A stretch of DNA of 32,000 nucleotides from Bifidobacterium longum subsp. longum JCM 1217 (GCF_000196555.1 NC_015067.1:2280001-2312000), one strand, 5' to 3'. Positions 1-18,532 are shown, counted from the stretch's first letter. The notes: generated from the sequence alone by a model not told the origin. A program made the numbers and translations.

Positions 1-287
1 TTTCATGAACCCGAGGGTTTTGCGTGGCCGGTCGTTGAGTTCCTCGGCGACCGCGTCGAGGTAGTCCTCCGGGTAGACGGATAGGTCGGTGCCTTTGGGG
101 AAGTACTGGCGCAGGAGCCCGTTGGTGTTCTCGTTGGTGCCGCGCTGCCACGGGGAGTGCGGGTCGCAGAAGTAGACGGCCATGTCCAGCGAGGCGCCGA
201 TCCGTTTGTGCAGGGCGAGTTCCGCTCCCTGGTCCCAGGTCAGGCTGTTGCGCAGGAGTTTGGGCAGGTGCTGCATCTTGTCGATGA
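1..287 (-). pseudogene. IS30-family transposase, C-terminal fragment. It runs off the window at position 1 and is cut at 287/288 by the IS21-family insertion.
   Basis: Minus-strand translation reads DKMQHLPKLLRNSLTWDQGAELALHKRIGASLDMAVYFCDPHSPWQRGTNENTNGLLRQYFPKGTDLSVYPEDYLDAVAEELNDRPRKTLGFMK. The HSPWQRGTNENTNGLLRQYFPKG block is the hallmark C-terminal catalytic region of IS30-family transposases. It joins in frame to 2880..3830 once the IS21 element and one GATGA copy are removed. Confidence 0.85.
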
Positions 288-364
288 TGTGTTTTGCTTC
301 AATGTTTGTTCGACAGGTTCGGCAGTGTTTTTCCGTAGTGTGGGCTGATGGTTTTCCCCGGTGT
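288..364 (+). repeat. IS21 left end with three tiers of repeats (candidate IstA binding sites).
   Basis: The tiers are TGTGTTTT at 288..295, GTGTTTTTCCGTAGTGTGGGC at 325..345 and GGTTTTCCCCGGTGT at 350..364. Each has an inverted counterpart at a near-equal distance from the right end. Confidence 0.7.
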
Positions 365-482
365 CGTCATCGTTTCCCGGTGATGTGATAGGCATCGGTG
401 CCGCCGCCTGTATATTCCCGAGTTGCCAATCGGTTTTGATTCGGCCGGTTGCCGCCGGCCGGCGCTCGGGAAGGAAAGGAAC

Positions 483-1985
483 ATGGCGATACCGATGCCC
501 ATTGTGCAAGATATCAGGAGACTCGACCGGCAGGGAATGTCGCGCGCGCAGATAGCGCGGCGTCTTCACGTGGATCGCGGGACGGTCGCGAAGTACGCGG
601 ATATGGAGGATTGCTCGCCCAAGCCGAAGGCGGATCGCAGGTACGGGTCGAAGATCGACCCGTACGCGCATCTGGTGGACGAGTGGCTGGAGGCCGATCG
701 TCTGCTGCCCAGGAAGCAGCGGCACACGATCAGGCGCGTGCACGACCGTCTGCTGGCGGAGACGGATTACGACGGCGAGTATTCGACCACGATGCGTTAC
801 GTGCACCGGTGGCGCGAGGCGAACCGCGGCGTGCCGGATCGCGAGGGGTACGTGCGGCTCGAGTGGGCGGCGGGCAGCATGCAGGTCGATTTCGGCGTGG
901 CCCGGGCCCGGATCGCTGGCGAGATGGCGGACGTGCATTGCCTGGTGGTCTCGTTGCCGTATTCGAACATGCGGTTGTGCGTGGCGTTGCCGGGCGAGAA
1001 CGCGGAGTGTCTGTGCCATGGCCTGATGCTCGTGTTCGAGCATATCGGGGGTGTTCCTCCCGTGATCGTGATGGACAACGCGACCGGTGCCGGCCGGCGC
1101 AACGCGAAGGGCGAGGTCGCGTTGACCGGGGTGTTCTCCGCGTTCGTGGCGCATTACCGGCTCGAGGTCCGGTTCTGCAACCCGTATTCGGGCAACGAGA
1201 AGGGCAGCGTGGAGAACGCGGTCGGGTTTTTGCGGCGCAATCTCATGGTGCCGCCCATGCGCGCGGAATCGTATGGGCAGTTGAGCCGTCTCCTGCTGGA
1301 GCGGTGCGACGGGCTCGCCAGGGACTCGTATTGCCCGAGGTTGCTGGACGTGCCCGTGGCCGAGGTGTTCGACGAGGAGAGGGCCGCGTTGATGCCGTTG
1401 CCGTCCACGGCGTTCGACCCGGTTCGCTGGGAAAGCCGGACGGCCGACAAGTACGGGCTGGTCGACATCGACTCGAACCGGTACCTCGCCGGCCCCGATT
1501 CGGCGCGTTCCAGGGTATTGGCCGCGATCCGGTGGGACACGGTCACGCTCACCTCGCCCGCCACCGGCGAGCTCTTCGCGGAGTATCCCAGACAGTACGG
1601 ACGGTCGCGCAATGTGGAGGATCCCGCGCTCGTGCTTCCCCGGCTCGCGGTCAAACCCCGCGCGTGGCGGGAAAGCTCGATCCGCCCGGACGTGCCCGAC
1701 GATATACGCGCGTGGCTTGATTCCATGGACGAAAAGACGTTGAGGGAGAGCCTCAAAGCGATCGGGGACGCGTGCCGGGCGGCCGGGTTCGATCCCGCGA
1801 TGCAGGCGTGCGGCGAGATCCTGCGCTCGAACAGGGACATGGGCCTGCACGCGGACTCGCTCACCCCTATCGCGTTGCGCATGCGCGACGGCGAGTGGGA
1901 ATACCCCGGCGGGATCGAGGAGCCCGACCTGAGCGGCTACGACCGGTTCATCACCGGCACGGACGACGGAGGGGAAGAACGGTGA
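483..1985 (+). CDS. istA: IS21-family transposase IstA (500 aa).
   Basis: The start is taken at MAIPMPIVQDIRRLDRQGMSRAQIARRL, downstream of a GGAAAGGA ribosome-binding site (472..479). It has an N-terminal HTH and the IS21 motifs MQVDFG, VMDNATG and NPYSGNEKGSVEN. Confidence 0.88.
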   Translation: MAIPMPIVQDIRRLDRQGMSRAQIARRLHVDRGTVAKYADMEDCSPKPKADRRYGSKIDPYAHLVDEWLEADRLLPRKQRHTIRRVHDRLLAETDYDGEYSTTMRYVHRWREANRGVPDREGYVRLEWAAGSMQVDFGVARARIAGEMADVHCLVVSLPYSNMRLCVALPGENAECLCHGLMLVFEHIGGVPPVIVMDNATGAGRRNAKGEVALTGVFSAFVAHYRLEVRFCNPYSGNEKGSVENAVGFLRRNLMVPPMRAESYGQLSRLLLERCDGLARDSYCPRLLDVPVAEVFDEERAALMPLPSTAFDPVRWESRTADKYGLVDIDSNRYLAGPDSARSRVLAAIRWDTVTLTSPATGELFAEYPRQYGRSRNVEDPALVLPRLAVKPRAWRESSIRPDVPDDIRAWLDSMDEKTLRESLKAIGDACRAAGFDPAMQACGEILRSNRDMGLHADSLTPIALRMRDGEWEYPGGIEEPDLSGYDRFITGTDDGGEER

Positions 1986-2767
1986 GCGTCAGACCCGATC
2001 CGGTGATCCCGGAGACCCGCCGCCGTCGCGCGTCCACGACCGAGAAGAGCGAGAGGATCCTGAAGATGAGCCGCAGCCTGACCCTGACACGCAGCGTGCT
2101 CGCGGGCACGCTCGCCGAGGCCACGCCCAACCAGCTCGACTTCATCGAACGATGGTTCACGGCCGAACTCGACTCGCGCGAGCGATCCAAACGCCTGCGC
2201 CTGCTCAAACAGGCCGGCTTCCCCGCCGACAAGACCCTCGACGGCTATGACTGGACCAACCTGAAGATGCCCGCCGACTGGGGGCGCGCGCAGCTCGAGA
2301 ACCTCGACTTCGTCGCCGGATGCGAGGACCTCGTGCTCTACGGGCCCGTCGGCACCGGCAAGAGCCACCTGGCCATCGCGATCGGACGGCTCGCCTGCGA
2401 GCGGGGCGTCCCGGTGCGCTTCTTCACCGCGACCGGACTGCTCATGCGTCTGCGCCGCGCCCAGCAGGAGAACCGGCTCGACCGGGAACTCGCGAGCATC
2501 GGCAAGGCCCGACTTCTCATCATCGACGAGTTCGGCTACCTGCCCATAGACGAGGAGGGCAGCAGGCTCCTCTTCCAGATCATTTCCGATTCCTACGAGA
2601 CAAGGAGCATCATCTACACCACCAACATCGAATTCAGCGGATGGGGACGCGTGCTCGGCGACAAGAACATGGCCGCCGCCCTCATCGACCGCACCGTCCA
2701 CCACGGACGGCTCATCAGATTCGAGGGCCGCTCCTACCGAAGCGAACACGCCCTCATGACCAAATAA
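1982..2767 (+). CDS. istB: IS21-family helper ATPase IstB (261 aa from the GTG start).
   Basis: It has Walker A GPVGTGKSHLA and Walker B LLIIDEFGY. The GTG at 1982 overlaps the istA TGA (GTGA). An alternative ATG at 2066 would give 233 aa. Confidence 0.85.
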   Translation: MSVRPDPVIPETRRRRASTTEKSERILKMSRSLTLTRSVLAGTLAEATPNQLDFIERWFTAELDSRERSKRLRLLKQAGFPADKTLDGYDWTNLKMPADWGRAQLENLDFVAGCEDLVLYGPVGTGKSHLAIAIGRLACERGVPVRFFTATGLLMRLRRAQQENRLDRELASIGKARLLIIDEFGYLPIDEEGSRLLFQIISDSYETRSIIYTTNIEFSGWGRVLGDKNMAAALIDRTVHHGRLIRFEGRSYRSEHALMTK

Positions 2768-2800
2768 CCAACACAACGCAGACAGGCAGCGGCCGATACC

Positions 2801-2879
2801 GCACACCCTGCGGAAAACCCGCTGCCTACACTGCGGAAAAACACCGCTCACAAAGCGGACGCCAACTTGCTAAAACACA
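2801..2879 (-). repeat. IS21 right end with matching inverted tiers.
   Basis: Reverse complements are GGGTTTTCCGCAGGGTGTGC (2801..2820), GTGTTTTTCCGCAGTGTAGGC (2824..2844) and TGTGTTTT (2872..2879). Offsets from the end are 59, 35 and 0 nt, against 62, 37 and 0 nt at the left end. Confidence 0.7.
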
Positions 2880-3830
2880 GATGATGGCCTGCTGGACGTG
2901 TTCGGCGTCGTGCCCGTCGGGCAGGTGCAGCAGGATCGTGAACCTGGTGGTGCGCTCGACGAGCGTGCCGATGGCGCTTTTGTTGCGGCTGCCGGTGATG
3001 AGATCGCCCTCCCAGTGGCCCGGGACCGCCCGGTCCTCGATCTCCGGGGGTCGCTCCGAGATCATGGCCATGGGTTCGCGGAAACGGGGTTTGCGGCCTT
3101 GGCCGCCTTGGGGTCTGCGGGCGGTTCGCCCCTGCCTCATGGCGCGTTTCAGCTCCTGCTTGAGTTCGCCCCTGGCCTGCAGGTAGATGGCCTGGTAGAT
3201 CGTCTCGACGCTCGCGTGCATATCCCCATTATCCGGGAAGTCCAGCCTCAGCCGGTTGGCTATCTGCTCCGGGCTCCAATGCCTGCGCAACCCGGCGGCG
3301 ATCTCGTCCCACAGTCGCGTGCCCTCGGCCGCCTTGCGCGGTTTGGGGCGTTTGAGCCGGTCCGCGGCCTTCTGCTGGGCGCGGTAAGGCTCGTAACCGC
3401 CGGACTCGGGATTCCTGTTGCGCTCGACCTCGCGGCTGACCGTGCCGGGGTCGCGGCCCAGCAGGCGGGCGATGGCGCGGATCGAATCGCCCAGACGCAG
3501 ACGGTCCGCGATCTGGATGCGCTCCTCCTGGCTCAGGTAGCGCGGATGGAGGGTCTTGGGTTTGTCCATGGTGGAACGATACCAGTCCACCAGGGGTTTC
3601 TCGTTCCTTCCCGTGGCGCGCGTCCTGCCGTTGCGCCACGCCTTGCCGGTGCGTTTCGAGACGCCGACCGCGTGCGCGGCCTGGGTGAAGTTCATGCCTT
3701 CCTCGTCCAGCAGGCGCACGTACTCGGCGCGTCTCGCCTCGCACATCAGCTTCCTCGTCGGATATTCGACGCCGTTGAACGTCCAACGGTGTTCCCCGCC
3801 ACGGTCTTCGTTTCGGTGGCTTCTGGTCAC
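2880..3830 (-). pseudogene. IS30-family transposase, N-terminal fragment, cut at 2879/2880 by the IS21 insertion.
   Basis: The probable start is GTG at 3830, 5 nt downstream of AAGGAGG (3836..3842). The track ORF begins at a TTG at 3863. The translation has HTH regions and HWEGDLITGSRNKSAIGTLVERTTRFTILLHLPDGHDAEHVQQAII, then changes abruptly to IS21-end sequence. Confidence 0.85.
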
Positions 3831-4143
3831 CTGACCCTCCTTGCGGTAGGTCAGGTGTTGCAACGATCACTAGAACCCACCGTTTCTGGCTCCCCTCAGG
3901 GGGGGGGAGCCGTCCGCACAGCAGACCGGGGGGAGGAGGCCCGGGCGTCGGGATTCCACGGTCACGGACGTGCTGTTTTCCGGATTTCCTGCGGAAATGG
4001 GAACGCGCCGCGCCGTCTCTCTTCGGCCCCGACGGCGGGGCCGGCCGGGAATGGTCCCGGACGTGGGTCTCATGAGTGCGAGAAGCCCCGGGTGTTTTTG
4101 TGGGGGTGTGTGGGTTTGGGTCGTGAGTGTTTCGGGTATGCGA

Positions 4144-4175
4144 AAGCCCCTTGGGGCGTGTGCTCCAAGGGGCTT
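4144..4175 (-). other. Stem-loop just downstream of the 5S rRNA (possible processing or termination structure).
   Basis: An 11-bp stem pairs AAGCCCCTTGG (4144..4154) with CCAAGGGGCTT (4165..4175) around a 10-nt loop. No U-tract follows on the rRNA strand, so it is not a canonical intrinsic terminator. The same structure occurs at 10321..10352. Confidence 0.35.
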
Positions 4176-4187
4176 CCTGTACGTGTG

Positions 4188-4304
4188 GTGCGGCGGCGTG
4201 CTACTCTCCCACACCCTGTCGGGTGCAGTACCATCGCCGTGCCAGGCCTTAGCTTCCGGGTTCGGAATGGGACCGGGCGTCTCACCTGGGCCATGGCCGC
4301 CGCA
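4188..4304 (-). rRNA. rrf: 5S rRNA (operon 1).
   Basis: The reverse complement reads TGCGGCGGCCATGGCCCAGGTGAGACGCCCGGTCCCATTCCGAACCCGGAAGCTAAGGCC...GGGAGAGTAGCACGCCGCCGCAC. It has the 5S helix I pairing and the CCGAAC loop. Confidence 0.93.
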
Positions 4305-4473
4305 AATCTTCTCTTATACGGTCAGACGCTGGGGTCTGCCGGCCTGTGGCGGCCTGGGAACCGGACAGCGGACGCGGATATGTCGATGTTTCGTCTTGTG
4401 GCCAGACAATGCTCATTGCCGTCTGGTGTCGTTTGCAGGAGGAAGATGCGGTCCAACCGCCAGGGGTTGGAAT

Positions 4474-7540
<3,067 letters not shown>

Positions 7541-7969
7541 CACCACGAAAGTGCATGGCCGCAAGATTCCTCTAGCAAATTCCCAGACGACAAATCATCA
7601 CACTAAAAATGATCACAAAACGATCGAAACGAACAATAGAGTTCGATTCGAAATCAACAGCAAAACAAAGATTCAAAAACTCTTGTTTTGCTCGCGTCCA
7701 CTATCCAGTTCTCAAGCCACCACGCACCGCCACGCCATCGCGCCGGCACACGGCCGGCCCCCAGGCACGACGGGCATCGAATCGCGCCAGGCAAAAAGCC
7801 TGGGGTGGCGATCCGGGAGCCCAAAAGCGCATCCATACCACCCCGGCACCCACCGCACGACCGGCAGGGCAAAGCCAACGACGTCTTCCACACCAGCAAC
7901 CCCGCCGCCATCGCACCATGCGACGCGCGGGGCGCACACCGTCGGACGAACATCCGACTGAATTCTCCG

Positions 7970-9497
<1,528 letters not shown>

Positions 9498-9746
9498 AAA
9501 ACTTCATGAAAAGCATCCGAATAGATGACTCTCAAAACAAAAAATTGACGAGCACGTCCTTAAGGAAGGACGCCCTCAAAAAACCTCACCCCTCATCAAA
9601 CCCTCCCGGGTACCCAACCACCACGACAGGCAATCAGGCGAGGAATGAACTGGCAATCATTGACTATAAAGAAGTAGTACAAACACGCTCTTGAGTTCTC
9701 AAACCACCACCACTCACCCACCTCGCAGCTCCCCGGAGGAGAACCA

Positions 9747-9960
9747 CTCGCTGAGCGGCAGCAAGGAAATAACTTACACGCATTCACGGACTCGCGCAAA
9801 TCGGGCGCACGAAGATAAGCCCAAATCGTTGAAACGACAGGCTTCGCTCGGCGTGTCGAAATCGACGTTTCGCACGTCTATATCTTCAGTCTAGAACTAG
9901 ATATCGTCGAAAATTGGATTGAAAATTTTGGTCGATGGGCGTGTCGCGAATTACCTCTTA
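9747..9960 (-). promoter_or_regulatory. Upstream control region of rrn operon 1 (promoter region; exact -35/-10 not resolved).
   Basis: Four boxes are shared with the region upstream of operon 2: GGCGTGTCGCGA 9938..9949, CTCGGCGTGTCG 9847..9858, AATAACTTACACGCAT 9768..9783 and CGCTGAGCGGCA 9749..9760 (plus-strand spelling). An AT-rich tract at 9890..9930 lies between the first two boxes. Confidence 0.45.
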
Positions 9961-10364
9961 CGGCGCATGTGGTGCACCGCCAATTATCGGAATCATCATT
10001 GATCCAGTACACCGATAAGAACCATTATGTTCGGATTACTATATGCTCGCCAGTCGTGCGCCAATCAACCGCCTGGTAGCGATGCGGTTGCCGTATCGCT
10101 TGCCTTGGCACGACCAACGACCGAATGGCATCAGCACATTCAGAACCGCCGGTCCGATCCATGCATCGCAGCACAGATCAGTCGTGGTCCCACGGGTATG
10201 GGGAGGCCCCGTTGCCGTGTGGGTGCCGGAGGTGTCCTGTTTGTGTCCGGGCATGCGAGAAGCCCCGGGTGTTTTTGTGGGGGTGTGTGGGTTTGGGTCG
10301 TGAGTGTTTCGGGTATGCGAAAGCCCCTTGGGGCGTGTGCTCCAAGGGGCTTCCTGTACGTGTG

Positions 10365-10481
10365 GTGCGGCGGCGTGCTACTCTCCCACACCCTGTCGGG
10401 TGCAGTACCATCGCCGTGCCAGGCCTTAGCTTCCGGGTTCGGAATGGGACCGGGCGTCTCACCTGGGCCATGGCCGCCGCA
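10365..10481 (-). rRNA. rrf: 5S rRNA (operon 2).
   Basis: Identical to 4188..4304 at offset 6,177. Confidence 0.93.
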
Positions 10482-10650
10482 AATCTTCTCTTATACGGTC
10501 AGACGCTGGGGTCTGCCGGCCTGTGGCGGCCTGGGAACCGGACAGCGGACGCGGATATGTCGATGTTTCGTCTTGTGGCCAGACAATGCTCATTGCCGTC
10601 TGGTGTCGTTTGCAGGAGGAAGATGCGGTCCAACCGCCAGGGGTTGGAAT

Positions 10651-13717
<3,067 letters not shown>

Positions 13718-14146
13718 CACCACGAAAGTGCATGGCCGCAAGATTCCTCTAGCAAATTCCCAGACGACAAATCATCACACTAAAAATGATCACAAAACGA
13801 TCGAAACGAACAATAGAGTTCGATTCGAAATCAACAGCAAAACAAAGATTCAAAAACTCTTGTTTTGCTCGCGTCCACTATCCAGTTCTCAAGCCACCAC
13901 GCACCGCCACGCCATCGCGCCGGCACACGGCCGGCCCCCAGGCACGACGGGCATCGAATCGCGCCAGGCAAAAAGCCTGGGGTGGCGATCCGGGAGCCCA
14001 AAAGCGCATCCATACCACCCCGGCACCCACCGCACGACCGGCAGGGCAAAGCCAACGACGTCTTCCACACCAGCAACCCCGCCGCCATCGCACCATGCGA
14101 CGCGCGGGGCGCACACCGTCGGACGAACATCCGACTGAATTCTCCG

Positions 14147-15674
<1,528 letters not shown>

Positions 15675-15929
15675 AAAACTTCATGAAAAGCATCCGAATA
15701 GATGACTCTCAAAACAAAAAATTGACGAGCACGTCCTTAAGGAAGGACGCCCTCAAAAAACCTCACCCCTCATCAAACCCTCCCGGGTACCCAACCACCA
15801 CGACAGGCAATCAGGCGAGGAATGAACTGGCAATCATTGACTATAAAGAAGTAGTACAAACACGCTCTTGAGTTCTCAAACCACCACCACACCAGCCAGA
15901 CGGGAAACCAACCAGAGGAAGGAACCCGC

Positions 15930-16140
15930 CGCGCTGAGCGGCAACAGGTGAATAACTTACACGCATGTCCGGATTCACGCAAATCAAGGCGCACAAAAAC
16001 CCCAGGAATCGGCATAACAGCGCGGTTCCCTCGGCGTGTCGCACAGAGCCCACTTTGCTCTGATGAGGCTAGGTTAACCCCTCAAATGTTTCTGAAAAGC
16101 ATCAAATCCACTATTCGGCTGGCGTGTCGCGAGAGTTTTC
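15930..16140 (-). promoter_or_regulatory. Upstream control region of rrn operon 2.
   Basis: The same four boxes occur at 16121..16132, 16030..16041, 15951..15966 and 15932..15943, with the same spacing as upstream of operon 1. Confidence 0.45.
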
Positions 16141-16253
16141 AGCTTGTCGGCCCTGCGTTCATCTCTCGGCAACCACACTGCCGGCGCACAATCGGCGCAT
16201 GACAGCGCTCCGTCATCGGATTTCGTTCATGAATCGCGGGTATACCTGTAGTT

Positions 16254-17009
16254 ATGACCAAGAAGATTGCTGTATTAACCGGGGCGGGCATTTCCACGTC
16301 CGCCGGCATCCCTGATTTCCGCGGTCCGGACGGTGTGTGGACCAAGCATCCTGACCAAATGAGCGTTTACGACATCGATCTGTTCCTGCGCAACAAAGAG
16401 GACCGCGAGTACTCCTGGCGCTGGCAAAAGGAATCGCCAGTATGGAATGCGCAGCCCGGCACTGCGCATAAGGCGCTGGTCAAGCTGGAACAAGCCGGCA
16501 TGCTGACGCTGCTGGCCACGCAGAACTTCGATGCGCTGCATGAGAAGGCCGGCAACAGCGACAACGTCATCGTGAACCTGCACGGCACTATCGGCACCTC
16601 GCATTGCATGAAGTGTCATCAGGAATATGCCACGGCGGACATCATGGCCCGTTTGGATGAAGAGCCCGACCCACATTGCCATCGCAAACTGAAGTATCGT
16701 GGCGATATGCCGTGCAATGGCATTATCAAAACCGATGTGGTGTATTTCGGTGAGGCGTTGCCGGACGGCGCGATGGAGAAGTCGTACAGTCTGGCCACCA
16801 AAGCCGACGAACTATGGGTAATCGGATCGACCCTTGAGGTGTACCCGGCGGCGAGCATTGTGCCGGTGGCCGCGCAGGCGGGCGTGCCCATCACCATTAT
16901 GAATATGGGTCACACGCAATATGACCATCTTGCGAGCCGCTTGATTCATGAGGATATCGCCGTTGCCCTGCCGAAGTTGGTGGACGAGACGATTGCGGAG
17001 AACAAGTAG
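16254..17009 (+). CDS. Sir2-family NAD-dependent protein deacetylase (sirtuin, 251 aa).
   Basis: It has the GAGISTSAGIPDFRGP NAD-binding motif at the N-terminus and the catalytic His in VNLHGT. Zn-ribbon cysteines are CMKC and HCH...PCNG. Its small single-domain size fits a housekeeping sirtuin. Confidence 0.9.
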   Translation: MTKKIAVLTGAGISTSAGIPDFRGPDGVWTKHPDQMSVYDIDLFLRNKEDREYSWRWQKESPVWNAQPGTAHKALVKLEQAGMLTLLATQNFDALHEKAGNSDNVIVNLHGTIGTSHCMKCHQEYATADIMARLDEEPDPHCHRKLKYRGDMPCNGIIKTDVVYFGEALPDGAMEKSYSLATKADELWVIGSTLEVYPAASIVPVAAQAGVPITIMNMGHTQYDHLASRLIHEDIAVALPKLVDETIAENK

Positions 17010-17023
17010 CCCTCAGCATAACG

Positions 17024-17085
17024 AAAGCGCCGGTGGGTGGGTTAAGCAACTGATGATTGTCGGTTAACCACCCACCGGCGCTTTT
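17024..17085. terminator. Long hairpin between the convergent sirtuin and ilvA genes, probably a bidirectional terminator.
   Basis: AAAGCGCCGGTGGGTGGGTTAA (17024..17045) pairs with TTAACCACCCACCGGCGCTTT (17064..17084), with one bulged G and an 18-nt loop. TTTT follows on the plus strand and TTTCGTT on the minus strand. Confidence 0.75.
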
Positions 17086-17154
17086 GCGCCACCTCCCGCC
17101 AGCGGGAGGTATTGGAGCACACTTCTGCGCGGCTTCCCGCCAGCGGTATTGGAA

Positions 17155-18420
17155 TCAGTAGATGCGCTTGGGCTGGAATCCGGCTTCCCTGAGTGCCGCG
17201 AGGATGCGGTCGATGTGCTCGGGGCCGTTGGTCTCGACCGTGACGCCGAGAGACACCGCGTTGGTGTAGTGGCCGGATGCCTTGAACTGGTCGTGATCAA
17301 GCTGAATGACGTTGGCGCGCTGCTCGGCAAGCAGGGTGGCCACCTTGACGAGCTGGCCCGGAGTATCCGGCAGCTCGACCTCGAAGTTCATGATGCGGCC
17401 GCGGGCGATCATACCTTTCTGAATCACCGCACCCATGGTCACGGTGTCGATATTGCCGCCGGACATAATCGGAACCACCACGTGCGGGCCGGTGGCGGCG
17501 GCGAACTTGCGCGAACGCAGGTTCAGGTGTTCCAGCGCAGCCAGCGAAACGGCGCCGGCCGCCTCGACCACCAGCTTATGCTTCTCGAGCATGAGCAGAA
17601 TCATTTCGTTGATGTCGCGCTCGGTGACGGTGACCAGATCGTCCAGGAACTCGTTAATCAGAGCGAAGGGCAGGTCGCCGGGGTGCTTGACCGCAACACC
17701 TTCGGCGGAGGTAACCACATGGTCAGCCGGAGACACACGACCCGCGGCCAGCGAGTCCTTCCAGGCCGGTGAGCCCTCCGGAATCGCACCGATTACGCGC
17801 ACTTCAGGCTTGAATGTCTTGATGGCGAGCGCCACGCCGGCACCCAGGCCACCACCACCGAGCGGCACGACCACGTCAGTGACGTTCGGCACGTCTTCAA
17901 GGATCTCCAGACCGATGGTGCCTTGGCCGCAGATGACTTCGTAATCGTCGAATGGCGGCACGTAAATCATGCCTTCCTTGTCGGCGAGCTCAGCAGCGTG
18001 GGCGGCGGATTCATCGAACACATCGCCGTACAGCACCACGTCGGCACCGTAGGCCTTGGTGGCATCGACCTTCAGCGGCGGGGTGATCTGCGGCATGCAG
18101 ATGGTGGCCTTGGCTCCACGCTCGCGGGCCGCATAGGCCACACCCTGGGCATGGTTGCCGGCAGACGCGGTGACGATGCCGTGAGCGATCTGCTCTTCGG
18201 TGAGCGAAGCAATCTTGTTATAGGCACCGCGGATCTTGAAGGATCCGGTGACCTGCAGGTTTTCCGGCTTCAGGAGAATCTCATGGCCGGTCATCTCGCT
18301 CAGCACCGGAGAAGGAATGATCTCCGTGTGGCGGGCAGTGCCTTTGAGTCGTTCGGCGGCCAGCTTCAGTTCGGCTGCATGATCACGTTGCAGCGCCTTC
18401 AAAACATCCTTTTGTTCCAT
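17155..18420 (-). CDS. ilvA: Threonine ammonia-lyase (threonine dehydratase), PLP-dependent with a C-terminal ACT-like domain (421 aa).
   Basis: It has the PLP-lysine motif GSFKIRGA and the glycine-rich loop PLGGGGLGAG. The start is moved to MEQKDVLKAL (ATG 18420). The 38-codon upstream extension in the track ORF has no family support. Confidence 0.88.
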   Translation of the reverse strand: MEQKDVLKALQRDHAAELKLAAERLKGTARHTEIIPSPVLSEMTGHEILLKPENLQVTGSFKIRGAYNKIASLTEEQIAHGIVTASAGNHAQGVAYAARERGAKATICMPQITPPLKVDATKAYGADVVLYGDVFDESAAHAAELADKEGMIYVPPFDDYEVICGQGTIGLEILEDVPNVTDVVVPLGGGGLGAGVALAIKTFKPEVRVIGAIPEGSPAWKDSLAAGRVSPADHVVTSAEGVAVKHPGDLPFALINEFLDDLVTVTERDINEMILLMLEKHKLVVEAAGAVSLAALEHLNLRSRKFAAATGPHVVVPIMSGGNIDTVTMGAVIQKGMIARGRIMNFEVELPDTPGQLVKVATLLAEQRANVIQLDHDQFKASGHYTNAVSLGVTVETNGPEHIDRILAALREAGFQPKRIY

Positions 18421-18532
18421 AGCTTTCCATTGTAAGCACCACAATGCCGAGAGACACCAGCTATCTCGCTTCACAGAGGTACATTCGGCCTTTTGCAGAC
18501 AGCTATCTGTTTTCATAGGGGTACCGAGAAGC

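Larger units (their letters stand above)
288..2879 (+). mobile_element. Complete IS21-family insertion sequence (2,592 bp) with intact istA and istB, inserted inside an IS30-family transposase gene.
   Basis: Both ends carry the inverted repeat TGTGTTTT (288..295; reverse complement at 2872..2879). The element is flanked by direct GATGA copies at 283..287 and 2880..2884. The overlapping istA/istB pair (GTGA overlap) is typical of IS21. Confidence 0.9.

Noticed and set aside
240-1850. 536-aa ORF on the minus strand across the IS21 element.
   Set aside because: It is entirely antisense to istA, which has clear family motifs. The translation is Arg/Pro/His-rich with low complexity. Stop-free antisense frames are expected in GC-rich coding DNA.
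7620-7660. GTTCGATTCGAA in the 16S-23S spacer, which resembles a tRNA T-arm.
   Set aside because: It is one arm of a simple hairpin (TCGAAACGAAC/GTTCGATTCGA). There is no acceptor stem, D-arm or anticodon arm around it.
9714-10253. Possible protein-coding gene in the inter-operon spacer (track ORFs 10027.., 10039.., 10043..).
   Set aside because: All candidates run into the 5S/23S repeat or have no start context. No translation in any frame resembles a known family.
16254-17009. SIR2-domain gene as a possible anti-phage defence component (Thoeris or DSR type).
   Set aside because: It is a small canonical sirtuin with an intact Zn ribbon and catalytic His. It has no fused or adjacent effector or sensor genes, and its housekeeping neighbours are the rrn operon and ilvA.
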